Source of the DNA: an uncultured Candidatus Saccharibacteria bacterium
GTDB taxonomy: Bacteria; Patescibacteriota; Dojkabacteria; SC72
NCBI GenBank assembly: GCA_964526165.1
Contig: CAZGKK010000001.1
Location: forward strand, 1-48,604
Direction of reading: 5' to 3'
DNA: 48,604 nt
Below, in pieces: positions 8,822-18,229 of the stretch (the stretch's first letter is position 1; every line of letters begins with the position of its first letter). The position numbers and the translations under genes were made by a program. The notes beneath the pieces are model-generated. The model saw only the letters and a program-made list of their open reading frames with translations. It searched no databases and was not told where the DNA came from.

Positions 8822-10009
8822 TTATTCTTCTTTTGAACTCTCATCTTCTTTTGTTTTTTTTACTTTTTTCTTTTTTACTTCCTCCGTGACTTCCTCTTTT
8901 TTTTCTTCGATAACTTCTTCCCTTGTTTCAACCTGCTCTTTATTTTTTTCATTTTCGATTGCTTCAGGATCTGAAGGAACAATATCTATCTTGTAACCAG
9001 TCAATTTCCATGCGAGCCTAACATTTTGCCCTTCTCTCCCGATAGCTAAGGAAAGTTGATCGTTTGGTACAATAACAGTTGCTGTATCATCAACAATTCT
9101 TACATCATCTATCTTTGCAGGACTCAATGAGTTTGCAATGAATTTCTCTGGGTCATCATCCCATTCTATGATATCAATCTTTTCCTCTCCAAGTTCATTC
9201 ATTACATTTGCAATCCTGACTCCTCTTTGACCAACACATGACCCAATTGGATCAACACCTTCTTGATGAGAAACCACTGCGACCTTACTTCTTGAACCTG
9301 CTTCTCTTGCAATAGCTTTTACTTCAAGAACTCCAGATTCAATTTCTGGAACCTCTAATTTAAACAAACCGATTAAAAAATTTGGATCGGCTCTTGATAC
9401 CACCATCTGAGAATCAACAATATCTTTAAGTAATACTTTGTATCTATCACCCAATCTGTAAAATTCATTTGAAATCTGTTCCTCGAGTGGCATATATGCA
9501 GTCGCTTTCCCGACTTCAAAGATAACTTGGCCTCTTTGCATTCTCTGCATTAAAGCTGTATATATCTCGCCAACCTTATCACTATATTCACTAATCACAG
9601 CTTCCTTTTCTGATTCTCTTATCTTCTGTAAAATTACCTGCTTTGCTGTCTGCGCTGCAATTCTTCCAAAATCCTCTGAAGGCATCTCTATTTGAACGGA
9701 ATCTCCAACTTCAACACTAGGAGAAATCATCTCTGCCTCGGATAATGAAATTTCTTTCTCTGAATTCTTAACCTTCTTAACAACCTCTTTGCTTGCAATT
9801 AATTTAAACTCTCCACTTTCTCTGTTTAATTCAACAGACCAGTTAGAAAGCTCATCTTCCTCAGGAACTTCCAGTCCATATTTCTCTTTTTTGTAAGCAA
9901 CTAGAATTGCTTCTTCCAAAGCAACAAAAATCTCTTCTTTATCTATTCCTCTTTCAGCAGAAATCTGATTGATTGCCGCTATAAATTCCGATGTCATTGA
10001 CATATTCAA
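8822..10009 (-). CDS. nusA: Transcription termination/antitermination factor NusA
   Basis: 395 aa. N-terminal domain, S1-like segment and KH repeats (GSCVGQRGVRI, GREGQNVRLAWKLTGYKIDI), plus a charged K/E tail. nusA-infB synteny. Confidence 0.95.
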   Translation of the reverse strand: MNMSMTSEFIAAINQISAERGIDKEEIFVALEEAILVAYKKEKYGLEVPEEDELSNWSVELNRESGEFKLIASKEVVKKVKNSEKEISLSEAEMISPSVEVGDSVQIEMPSEDFGRIAAQTAKQVILQKIRESEKEAVISEYSDKVGEIYTALMQRMQRGQVIFEVGKATAYMPLEEQISNEFYRLGDRYKVLLKDIVDSQMVVSRADPNFLIGLFKLEVPEIESGVLEVKAIAREAGSRSKVAVVSHQEGVDPIGSCVGQRGVRIANVMNELGEEKIDIIEWDDDPEKFIANSLSPAKIDDVRIVDDTATVIVPNDQLSLAIGREGQNVRLAWKLTGYKIDIVPSDPEAIENEKNKEQVETREEVIEEKKEEVTEEVKKKKVKKTKEDESSKEE

Positions 10010-10105
10010 AATAATTACAAATATTATCTAATACTGTATTTTACTGCTTTAATACAGAAAATACCAATTTAACTTAAAGAAAATAATATCTACTAAATAA
10101 TTGGT

Positions 10106-10132
10106 AAAAAAAAGGTGAGTTTTAACCTCACC
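10106..10132 (-). terminator. Rho-independent terminator downstream of dnaJ
   Basis: Minus strand reads GGTGAG-gttaaaa-CTCACC followed by TTTTTTTT (plus-strand A-run 10106-10113, stems at 10114-10119 and 10127-10132). Confidence 0.75.
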
Positions 10133-10216
10133 CTTTCCTTTGTATTACTTTCCAACGTAAGTATAGCATAAATATGGAAAAAATCAAAGAAAGAAAAACA
10201 GGCTAGATTCTACATT

Positions 10217-11308
10217 CTACTCGGATCCTTCGCGCAAGGATTCCCAAGTTTCCTTTTCATCTTTTGAGAGCTTTGTTGGAATATCAATATTCACTCTAAC
10301 ATAATGATCTCCTCTAGATTTCTCAGAATTTAGCACTGGAGCACCCTTCCCTCTTAATCTGAAAATGGTTCCTGGTTGAGTCCCTTTTGGAACTTTTAAT
10401 TTTACATCTTCGTAAATAGTTTTTACTGGAATTGTATCTCCAAGAACTGCAGTGTAAACTGGGATAGAAATTTCAGAATAAATATCGTTTCCTCTCCTTT
10501 CAAATATTGTTGAAGTCTCGACTTCAATTTCGATGTACAAATCTCCAACGACACCACCATTCCTTCCAGCATTTCCTCCACCCCTAAATCTTAAAACCAT
10601 TCCATCGTATGCCCCTGCTGGTACTTTAATGGTAAAATTCTCTTCTACACTATTCACTCCAGTTCCTCCACATTTTGGACAAGGCTCTTCAACTATTTCT
10701 CCAGTACCATTACAATTTTGGCAAGTACCCATCATTGCCATTTGACCAAATATGGTGTTTCTAACCTGTTGTTGCTGGCCCGTTCCCTTACAAACTGGGC
10801 ACTCCTTCTTTCTCCCTGACTTGCTTCCAGTACCTTCACACTTCTCACATTTTTCCTCTCTTCGAATCTTTATTTTAAAATCACCACCCTTCATTGCCTC
10901 GTCAAAAGAAAGCTTAATTCTGTAACGAATATCTGAACCAATATCTTGTCTAGGTCCCCTCTGTCCACCGAAATCAAATCCAAAACCACCACCTGCGCCT
11001 CCAAAAAAGGTGCTAAATATGTCGCCCATATCAAATGGGGCGCCTCCGAAGTCAGAATATCCACTTGAAGTCCCAGGATTAAAACCTGCTGTTCCTGCAT
11101 GACCGTATTGGTCATATGCTGAACGCTTTGAATCATCGGAAAGTATTTCGTATGCTTCTTGAATCTCTTTAAACTTATCCTCGGCATCTGATTCTTTATT
11201 CACATCCGGATGATATTTCTTCACCAAATTCCTGTAAGCTTTTTTAATCTCAGAAGCAGACGCTTTCTTTTCTATACCCAAAATTTCGTAGTAATCTCTT
11301 TTTTCCAT
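10217..11308 (-). CDS. dnaJ: Molecular chaperone DnaJ (start taken at MEKRDYYEILG; the ORF track extends to 11332)
   Basis: J domain with HPD (KKYHPDVN), a G/F-rich linker and four CxxCxGxG zinc motifs (CEKCEGTG, CPVCKGTG, CQNCNGTG, CPKCGGTG). Confidence 0.95.
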   Translation of the reverse strand: MEKRDYYEILGIEKKASASEIKKAYRNLVKKYHPDVNKESDAEDKFKEIQEAYEILSDDSKRSAYDQYGHAGTAGFNPGTSSGYSDFGGAPFDMGDIFSTFFGGAGGGFGFDFGGQRGPRQDIGSDIRYRIKLSFDEAMKGGDFKIKIRREEKCEKCEGTGSKSGRKKECPVCKGTGQQQQVRNTIFGQMAMMGTCQNCNGTGEIVEEPCPKCGGTGVNSVEENFTIKVPAGAYDGMVLRFRGGGNAGRNGGVVGDLYIEIEVETSTIFERRGNDIYSEISIPVYTAVLGDTIPVKTIYEDVKLKVPKGTQPGTIFRLRGKGAPVLNSEKSRGDHYVRVNIDIPTKLSKDEKETWESLREGSE

Positions 11309-11386
11309 AACCCAATATTTTAGCAAACTCATTTACTAATTGCCAGCCCTGTTTCTCATTTCAACTAAATCTGCTAATATGTTCTT

Positions 11387-12178
11387 ATGCAGAATACCTG
11401 GAATATCGATACTGAAAATACAAAAAAAGTGAAACGGACAAAAACCTTTATTTCTCTTTTTCTGGCCTTCGGCGGACTAGCTGTTATTGCAAGCCAAGTT
11501 ATTCCCCTTTTGGGTTCATACATAGATGGTGTAATTGCTCAAAAAAGAGTTGATATCAAAGTAGAACCTGTTCCAGAATCATACAAAAAATATATTGAAG
11601 ATGAATTTGCTTACTACGACCCAGGGATGAGTTACTTTGCAAATCTTTCTGAACAAATCGGAGTGTTGGGGGTTTCTACAACCTACAATTCCGCAACCAA
11701 AACTCAGAAAGCTATAAAGGTTGATACTTCGTATAAAAAGGATATGTACATTACAATTAGAAGCATAGGAATAAACAGGATTAAAATATCTTCGAACGTT
11801 GAAAGTGCAGATGAAAAAGTTTACAACCAATTTCTTAAAAGCGGGGTTGCCCATTTCAAAGGAACTCCTATACCGGGAGATGGAGGAAATTCCTTTATCT
11901 ACGGACATAGTGCGGTTGAGGCATTTTTCCGAAGACATCAAGATTATCCTGAAACGATTTTTTCGAGACTGGATGGTATAGATATTGGTCAAGATGTAGA
12001 AATTGAAAAGGATGGGCAACTATTAAGATATGTCGTACGAAGTAAAAAAATTGTTGATCCAACTGATTTTACAGTATTACAAACTAATCGTGACAAAGAA
12101 AATGTTACTCTAATGACATGTTGGCCCCTTGGTATCGGGACAAAAAGATTAATTGTTACTGCCGAAAGAAAGATTTAA
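11387..12178 (+). CDS. Sortase-family transpeptidase
   Basis: 263 aa. N-terminal TM anchor, catalytic His context FIYGHS, TLMTCWP (TLxTC Cys motif) and a downstream Arg (TKRLIVTAE). Confidence 0.8.
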   Translation: MQNTWNIDTENTKKVKRTKTFISLFLAFGGLAVIASQVIPLLGSYIDGVIAQKRVDIKVEPVPESYKKYIEDEFAYYDPGMSYFANLSEQIGVLGVSTTYNSATKTQKAIKVDTSYKKDMYITIRSIGINRIKISSNVESADEKVYNQFLKSGVAHFKGTPIPGDGGNSFIYGHSAVEAFFRRHQDYPETIFSRLDGIDIGQDVEIEKDGQLLRYVVRSKKIVDPTDFTVLQTNRDKENVTLMTCWPLGIGTKRLIVTAERKI

Positions 12179-12195
12179 TTTTAACAAAACGTAAA

Positions 12196-13590
12196 ATGAA
12201 TATTCCAGAGATATTAAAGGATAAAAAGAAATTACCACTCATAATCGCAGGTGGTGCACTATTACTAATATTAATTTTAGTAATGGTTCTTTTAATCGCT
12301 AAAAAACCAACAAATGGACCTTCAGATCCTGATTCTAATTCAGAAGATGGTGGCAATACAAACAATCCAACAACCTCAGGAGAATTAGTATATTGGGGGC
12401 TTTGGGAGTCAGAGGAAGTAATGGCAAACCTAATTAAAGAATTCGAAGATGCAAATCCCGGAGTTACAGTCAAATATTCAGCCCAAACTTTCTTGGATTA
12501 CGAATCAAGGCTCTACAAGAGATTGTTACAAACGACAGAAACCAATGAACCAGCCCCAGACATTGTTAGGATACACAACACATGGCTTCCAAAATTTGAA
12601 TCCTTACTCTCTAAACTCCCTAGCAATATCATGTCTAGAGACGAATATTCAGAGAAATTCTATCCCACAGCACTATCTGATTTTACCGGAAAAGATCAAA
12701 GCTCAATCTATGCGGTTCCTCTTGAGATAGATGGCCTTATGGTCTTTTATAACAAGCAACTTCTAAGCGAACAAGACGTTTCCGAACCACCTGTAGATTG
12801 GGATAAATTTTTAAATTTAGCACGGAAATTAACTAAAAGAGATTCAAGTGGACGAATTACACAGGCTGGTTTAGCTATAGGTTCTTCAAATAATGTGTTA
12901 CATTCTTCTGAGATACTACTAGCACTTCTACTTCAGGAAGAATTTGACCTTTTGGATAGTACAAGAACAAAAATTTCTCTTAACAACGACAATGCAAAAA
13001 GCGTCTTCACTCAATATACCAATTTCGCAATAGGAAACAATGCTGTTTGGTCCCCCGATTCAAGAAGTGATCTCAATTTGTTCTACTCTGGAAAGCTAGC
13101 AATGATGATAGCTCCAAGTTGGAGAGTTTTTGATATAATTAAATCTAATCCAAAAATAGAATTTGGAACTGCACCATTCCCAAAACTTCCAGCTAACGAC
13201 AATGAAGTCTACTACTCTACTTACTGGGGAGAGGCTGTTAATAAGAAATCTCAAAATACAGAACTCGCCTGGAAATTTGTTAAATTCCTTTCTGAAAAAG
13301 AGCAACAATTACAAATGTATTCCGATGCTGCAACCATAGGAGAAAGAGCTTTTGGAGAACCTTACTCACTTAAGGAATTAAACGCGGAATTAAAGGGTAA
13401 AGCATATGTTGATGCTATTGCCAAAATGGCTCCGTACATGAGAAGCTTTCAACTAGGAGAGGAAGATTTTGTAAGAAAAGCCCTTGAAGAGGCAGTTACA
13501 CAAATCTTAAATGAAAACAAAAGTGTAGAGACAGCCTTGAAGGAAGCAGAAACTACAATTAATACAAAACTTGCACAATCAAACAAATAA
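12196..13590 (+). CDS. ABC-transporter-type extracellular solute-binding protein, membrane-anchored (orphan)
   Basis: The ATG at 12196 (MNIPEILKDKKKLP) is preferred over the track start at 12118, which overlaps sortase. One TM, a low-complexity linker, then family-1 SBP-like features (VYWGLWE, NPGVTVKY, IYAVPLEIDGLMVFYNK). No permease or ATPase genes are adjacent. Confidence 0.7.
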   Translation: MNIPEILKDKKKLPLIIAGGALLLILILVMVLLIAKKPTNGPSDPDSNSEDGGNTNNPTTSGELVYWGLWESEEVMANLIKEFEDANPGVTVKYSAQTFLDYESRLYKRLLQTTETNEPAPDIVRIHNTWLPKFESLLSKLPSNIMSRDEYSEKFYPTALSDFTGKDQSSIYAVPLEIDGLMVFYNKQLLSEQDVSEPPVDWDKFLNLARKLTKRDSSGRITQAGLAIGSSNNVLHSSEILLALLLQEEFDLLDSTRTKISLNNDNAKSVFTQYTNFAIGNNAVWSPDSRSDLNLFYSGKLAMMIAPSWRVFDIIKSNPKIEFGTAPFPKLPANDNEVYYSTYWGEAVNKKSQNTELAWKFVKFLSEKEQQLQMYSDAATIGERAFGEPYSLKELNAELKGKAYVDAIAKMAPYMRSFQLGEEDFVRKALEEAVTQILNENKSVETALKEAETTINTKLAQSNK

Positions 13591-13607
13591 ACAGTATTAT
13601 ATATTTA

Positions 13608-15965
13608 ATGCCTAGGAAGTATACAGCAAAAAAAAATAAGAAGAGTTTTTTTCTGATTGCCAGCCTTTTCCTTTTTCTTTCGTTACCCTTGGTATCATAT
13701 ACCTTGTTAGAGAGAAATTTGGATACAAGGAGTAAGGCCTTTGATAGATTAGAATTGAGTGACCAAAATCCTTGCATCATTTCTCTTCCCAATGTAAATC
13801 CCTACACTCTCGAGGTGGGAAAAAGTGTAAGAATTCAGGTAGATGCAAAATACACAAACTCCGGAATTCAAAAGCTTAATATTATGGATTCCACAGGAAA
13901 GGATATATATTCCGAAGAATTTCCCAATGCTCCTCTTCAAATTGGAACTAGTTTTGCATTTACTCCAAGCAAATCTGGAACAGTAGATTTGTTAGGGACA
14001 ATTGAGAAAACTGGAGGTGGAAGTGCGGCCTGTAAGATAAGTAGCCCATATGACATAAAAGGAATTAGGGCAATTGCAAATAATGCCTCACCAGAGTTTA
14101 CTTCACAAGCAAAAGACTCAACACCCGGACAAGACATCAAGACAGGTGTTCAATACGAATACAAGTTAACCGCCGAAGATGCTGACAAGGATAGGATTAA
14201 TTACTATTACTCATTCACCCCAAGAGCTGATTGGTTGAAAGCAGTAATCATAGAAGATGGTTCAAGTGGAAGGCTTTCAGTTACTTTTAGGGGGACAACA
14301 GATAAACCGGCTAGTTACCTTGCGCATGTTGTAATCCACGATGGTTACAGTATGCATGTACGAACCCAGTCTTGGGTGATTAGTGTTAGCCCTGCCGAAA
14401 ATGACATGCCAATCCTCAGAATCATTGACCCAATCTCAGCAATTAGAGTCGATTCTGGTGAGAATTTTGACGCTTCGTGGAACGTCTCAGATTTGAACCA
14501 TGTTTCAAAATTTCAACTTTACATGGCAAAGAATCCCTCAGATGAGGGGTCGTGGGTAAAAGTTGGAAACGATTTGGAGTACAACGTTAGCAAGGCTGCC
14601 GTTGAAACTAAAGGACTCCCTTCTGGAACTTACAAGCTTGTAATTAAAGCAACTGACAATCAAACTCCTCCTAAATCAGGAATTGGTGTGTCTCCAGAGA
14701 TCATAGTATCAAAACTTTCAGACAAGGATAAGGAAACAGATGATGAGATTGTTCTCCCAGAAGCACAGGTAATAAATATGTCGCCCGATTCTCAAGATCT
14801 AATCTCAAACAGCAGGGTTACAATAAAGGGAACCATAATAGCTAGTGAGGATGCAAAAATTAATGAGGGTTCGATTGTTTTCAAAATAGATGACAATAAT
14901 ATTACAAATGAAATAAAAATAAATAAAATTTCTGAGAGAGAATATACATTAATATACCAACCCTCAAAAGATTTGGAAGATGGAACTCACAAGGCCGAAA
15001 TTTCATTTTCAGATACTAAAGAGAAGGAGGGTTCTAAATCTTGGGAGTTTACAATCAATTCAAATGCCTATGATAACTCAGAGGTGTATGTGATTTTTGG
15101 AAAAGAAATTAGTAAAAGAACTATGCTCATAGTTGGGATAGGATTTCTACTAATAATTTTAGCAATCTGTGTCCCACTATTGATTTCTTTAATTTGGGGT
15201 ACAAACAAGAAAAAAGAGACTACGACTCTGTACACTTCAAGAAATATCCCAGATGCTACTGAATTTGAGAATCAAGCGTACATACCACCTATTGTAGATG
15301 TTAATATCCGAGATAAGGTTGAAGATATTGAAACTGAATTATCTTCCGATGATTCAGAAATGTATTCTGTGGCGAAATTTGATGAGGAGATTCAAGATGA
15401 TGAGGTAAAAAATGAATTTGATGTAGAGGAGCCTGAGACAAAGATTGAGGAAGATAAAAAATATGAGTTTGAAAAGGAGGTTACAATTAAACCTGAATCA
15501 GAAATAGAGATTGAAGAACCAGTATTTGCTCCAGAGGTCTTTAAAACCGAAAAAGTAGATGAAGGACCTAAATTAGAAGTTGAGACCGAAGTAGAGGTTG
15601 ATGAACCAGTATTTGCTCCAAAAGTCTTTAAGCCTGATGTTAAAGAAGAAGAAATAACAGTTGAGCCTACAAAAGTTATAGAAGAATCAGTCGTTCCGGT
15701 CGAAGGAGAGACAGAACTCCCAGAATTTGTCTCAGTTGAACCTTCTGAAGATCAAGAATTAATTGAACCTGAGGCTACAACTATTCCAGAAGAAGCACCC
15801 ACAACTGAAGTCCAAACTGTTCCTGAAACACAAGAAATTAATCCACCTGCAGAGATAGAGGAACCTGAAGCCCCAGATCCTTCAATATTTCAACAAATAG
15901 CATCACAGATTGAATCACAAACAAGTGAAGAGAATTCAACTACAAATGATGAAACCAATCAGTAG
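13608..15965 (+). CDS. Large bitopic surface protein: Ig/cadherin-like ectodomains, a TM, and an acidic repeat-containing tail
   Basis: 785 aa. N-terminal signal-anchor and a putative-Ig/dystroglycan-cadherin-like segment (YEYKLTAEDADKDRINYYYSFTPRADWL). Internal TM MLIVGIGFLLIILAICVPLLISLIW is followed by KKK. The roughly 250-aa E/P/V-rich tail contains a repeated EPVFAP(E/K)VFK unit (30-nt copies at 15516 and 15603). Confidence 0.6.
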   Translation: MPRKYTAKKNKKSFFLIASLFLFLSLPLVSYTLLERNLDTRSKAFDRLELSDQNPCIISLPNVNPYTLEVGKSVRIQVDAKYTNSGIQKLNIMDSTGKDIYSEEFPNAPLQIGTSFAFTPSKSGTVDLLGTIEKTGGGSAACKISSPYDIKGIRAIANNASPEFTSQAKDSTPGQDIKTGVQYEYKLTAEDADKDRINYYYSFTPRADWLKAVIIEDGSSGRLSVTFRGTTDKPASYLAHVVIHDGYSMHVRTQSWVISVSPAENDMPILRIIDPISAIRVDSGENFDASWNVSDLNHVSKFQLYMAKNPSDEGSWVKVGNDLEYNVSKAAVETKGLPSGTYKLVIKATDNQTPPKSGIGVSPEIIVSKLSDKDKETDDEIVLPEAQVINMSPDSQDLISNSRVTIKGTIIASEDAKINEGSIVFKIDDNNITNEIKINKISEREYTLIYQPSKDLEDGTHKAEISFSDTKEKEGSKSWEFTINSNAYDNSEVYVIFGKEISKRTMLIVGIGFLLIILAICVPLLISLIWGTNKKKETTTLYTSRNIPDATEFENQAYIPPIVDVNIRDKVEDIETELSSDDSEMYSVAKFDEEIQDDEVKNEFDVEEPETKIEEDKKYEFEKEVTIKPESEIEIEEPVFAPEVFKTEKVDEGPKLEVETEVEVDEPVFAPKVFKPDVKEEEITVEPTKVIEESVVPVEGETELPEFVSVEPSEDQELIEPEATTIPEEAPTTEVQTVPETQEINPPAEIEEPEAPDPSIFQQIASQIESQTSEENSTTNDETNQ

Positions 15966-15986
15966 TTAGTATATAATACACCCAAT

Positions 15987-17777
15987 ATGGAAAATCTCTC
16001 GTATAAAGAAATATGTAAAAAATATCTTGATTTTTTTGAAAAGAATGGACATGCAGTAATTCCAAGTGCTCCACTATTACCGGAAAACGATCCATCCGTG
16101 CTGTTTGTGAATGCTGGTATGTTTCCCTTAATACCATTTTTGAAAGGAGAAACTCACCCAAAAGGAAAAAGATTGGCAAACATACAAAGATGTATCAGGA
16201 CTGGAGATATTGATGAAGTAGGAGATAATTTCCACTGCACCGCCTTTACTATGCTCGGTAATTGGTCTTTAAATGACTACTTCAAAAAAAAAGCGATTAA
16301 TATGACTGTCACATTCTTTTTGGACGAACTTGGTTTAGATATTAACAATATATATGCCTCTGTATTTGCAGGAGATAAGGATGCTCCTAGAGATACAGAA
16401 TCCATAGAGGTTTGGGAAGATATATTTTTGAAGCATGGTATTAAAGCAAAAGTTGGTTTGGGAGAAAGAATTCAACCAAACGGAAAGAAAGAAAACTGGT
16501 GGGGGCTTGAATCTGGAGGACCATGCGGACCAGATTCTGAAATTTTTTACGATACTGGAAAACAGAAGTGTTGTGAAAATTGCAATGTTACATGTAACTG
16601 TGGAAAATTTGTAGAGATTGGTAACAATGTATTTATGGAATATCAAAAAAAAGGAAATTCCATAATGCCCCTAGGAATGCACAATGTGGATTTTGGAGGT
16701 GGGCCAGAGAGATTAGCCGCCCTTTTACAAGGAGTAGAAAGCGTATATGACACAGATGTTTACAAGCCAATAATGAACAAGATAAAAGAAATTTCCAAAA
16801 TTCAAGAAATCAAATCCCAAAGAATTATCGTTGATCATATAAAAGCAGCCACATGGATTATCATGGATGGCGTTACCCCATCTAGAACAGAACAAGGATA
16901 TATATTAAGAAGACTTATTCGAAGAGCTGTAAGACATGGAAAGAAATTGGGAATAGAGAATGCATTCTGTAAAGAGATTGCAGGTATTGCAATAGAACAA
17001 TTCAGGACAATCTGGGATGCCCTGGATACGAACAGGAACCCAATTCTTTCAACCATAGAGACAGAAGAGGAAAAATTCAACAAAACACTTGAAAAAGGCT
17101 TAAAGGAATTAGATAAAATGGTTGAAAAGAAAAAAATTCTTGATGGGAAAGATGCTTTTCTACTTTACGAAACATATGGACTTCCACTCGAATTAACAGA
17201 AGAAATTCTGTCTGAAAAGAATCTCCCACTTAAAGAAAGAAACTTTTTCTACGAATCAGAAAAGATGCATCAAGAAAAATCAAGGACAGCATCCAAAGGA
17301 CTTTTCAAAGGTGGACTTGCAGACAATTCAGAAATGTCAACCAAATATCACACTACTTCGCACTTGCTCCTTACTGCTTTAAGAAAGGTCTTGGGAGAGC
17401 ATGTTTACCAAAAAGGTAGCAATATTACTCCTGAAAGACTTAGATTAGATTTCCCAAATGAATCAAAACTTACCCCAGAGCAGATTAAAGAGGTTGAGGA
17501 TATCGTAAATGAACAAATAAAAAAAGAATTAGATGTAACATTTGTCGAAAAAGAGAAGCAAGAGGCTCTTAAGCTAGTTCCTTTTGCTGCTTTTTCAGAA
17601 AAGTACGCAGACACAGTTAAAGTTTACTATGTAGGACCTAAAGACAATCCATTTTCAATTGAAATTTGCAATGGTCCTCACATCAGCAATACAAGAGAAT
17701 TGGGAAGATTCAAAATTATTAAGCAAGAAAATATCGGAGCTGGCATAAAAAGAATTAAGGCAGTTTTAACAAATTGA
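15987..17777 (+). CDS. alaS: Alanine--tRNA ligase (compact, no C-Ala domain)
   Basis: 596 aa. N-terminal class II core (FVNAGMFP, RCIRTGDID, LGNWS). Editing-domain zinc motifs HTTSHLL and CNGPH lie close to the C-terminus. Confidence 0.9.
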   Translation: MENLSYKEICKKYLDFFEKNGHAVIPSAPLLPENDPSVLFVNAGMFPLIPFLKGETHPKGKRLANIQRCIRTGDIDEVGDNFHCTAFTMLGNWSLNDYFKKKAINMTVTFFLDELGLDINNIYASVFAGDKDAPRDTESIEVWEDIFLKHGIKAKVGLGERIQPNGKKENWWGLESGGPCGPDSEIFYDTGKQKCCENCNVTCNCGKFVEIGNNVFMEYQKKGNSIMPLGMHNVDFGGGPERLAALLQGVESVYDTDVYKPIMNKIKEISKIQEIKSQRIIVDHIKAATWIIMDGVTPSRTEQGYILRRLIRRAVRHGKKLGIENAFCKEIAGIAIEQFRTIWDALDTNRNPILSTIETEEEKFNKTLEKGLKELDKMVEKKKILDGKDAFLLYETYGLPLELTEEILSEKNLPLKERNFFYESEKMHQEKSRTASKGLFKGGLADNSEMSTKYHTTSHLLLTALRKVLGEHVYQKGSNITPERLRLDFPNESKLTPEQIKEVEDIVNEQIKKELDVTFVEKEKQEALKLVPFAAFSEKYADTVKVYYVGPKDNPFSIEICNGPHISNTRELGRFKIIKQENIGAGIKRIKAVLTN

Positions 17778-17782
17778 TTTAT

Positions 17783-18229
17783 ATGAATAAAGAAGTAGAA
17801 TATCCTATACTAGCTATAGACTATGGCGACATACATTATGGAATATCTGTATCTGACAACAAAGGTATACTCGCACAACCATTAGACACAATTTCAATCA
17901 CCCAAAACAGAAATCTTAATGATATCCTTTTAGAAATTTTGTCTGTAGTGAAAGAATATAAAGTAAAAACAATTTTGGTTGGCTTACCCCAAGAGTTTAC
18001 TGAGAAACATAGAAGAACAACTTCAAAAATCCAAAAATTTATTTCTAAACTAATTGGAATGACAGAAATACCCGTAGTTACTTGCGATGAAAGTTTCTCT
18101 ACAACTAGAGCACAGAATATGCTAACATCAACAGGACAAAATACTAAAAAAAGCAGAGGGAAAATTAACAGTATCGCTGCAACAGTATTCTTACAAGATT
18201 TTTTAAATTCAAACAATAATAACAAATGA
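17783..18229 (+). CDS. ruvX: YqgF/RuvX putative pre-16S rRNA nuclease / Holliday junction resolvase-like
   Basis: ATG at 17783 (the track start at 17774 is TTG). ILAIDYGDIHYGISVSD and LVGLPQ motifs of the YqgF family. Confidence 0.85.
   Translation: MNKEVEYPILAIDYGDIHYGISVSDNKGILAQPLDTISITQNRNLNDILLEILSVVKEYKVKTILVGLPQEFTEKHRRTTSKIQKFISKLIGMTEIPVVTCDESFSTTRAQNMLTSTGQNTKKSRGKINSIAATVFLQDFLNSNNNNK

Noticed and set aside
12118-12195. Upstream extension of the solute-binding protein ORF, overlapping the sortase 3' end by 61 nt.
   Set aside because: The extension (MLAPWYRDKKINCYCRKK...) has no signal-peptide character. The ATG at 12196 gives a normal basic-hydrophobic anchor 18 nt after the sortase stop.
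643-17777. Possible alternative genetic code (UGA recoding, as in some candidate phyla).
   Set aside because: TGA ends well-conserved full-length ORFs (antitoxin at 643-645, alaS at 17775-17777). No conserved protein appears split at a TGA.
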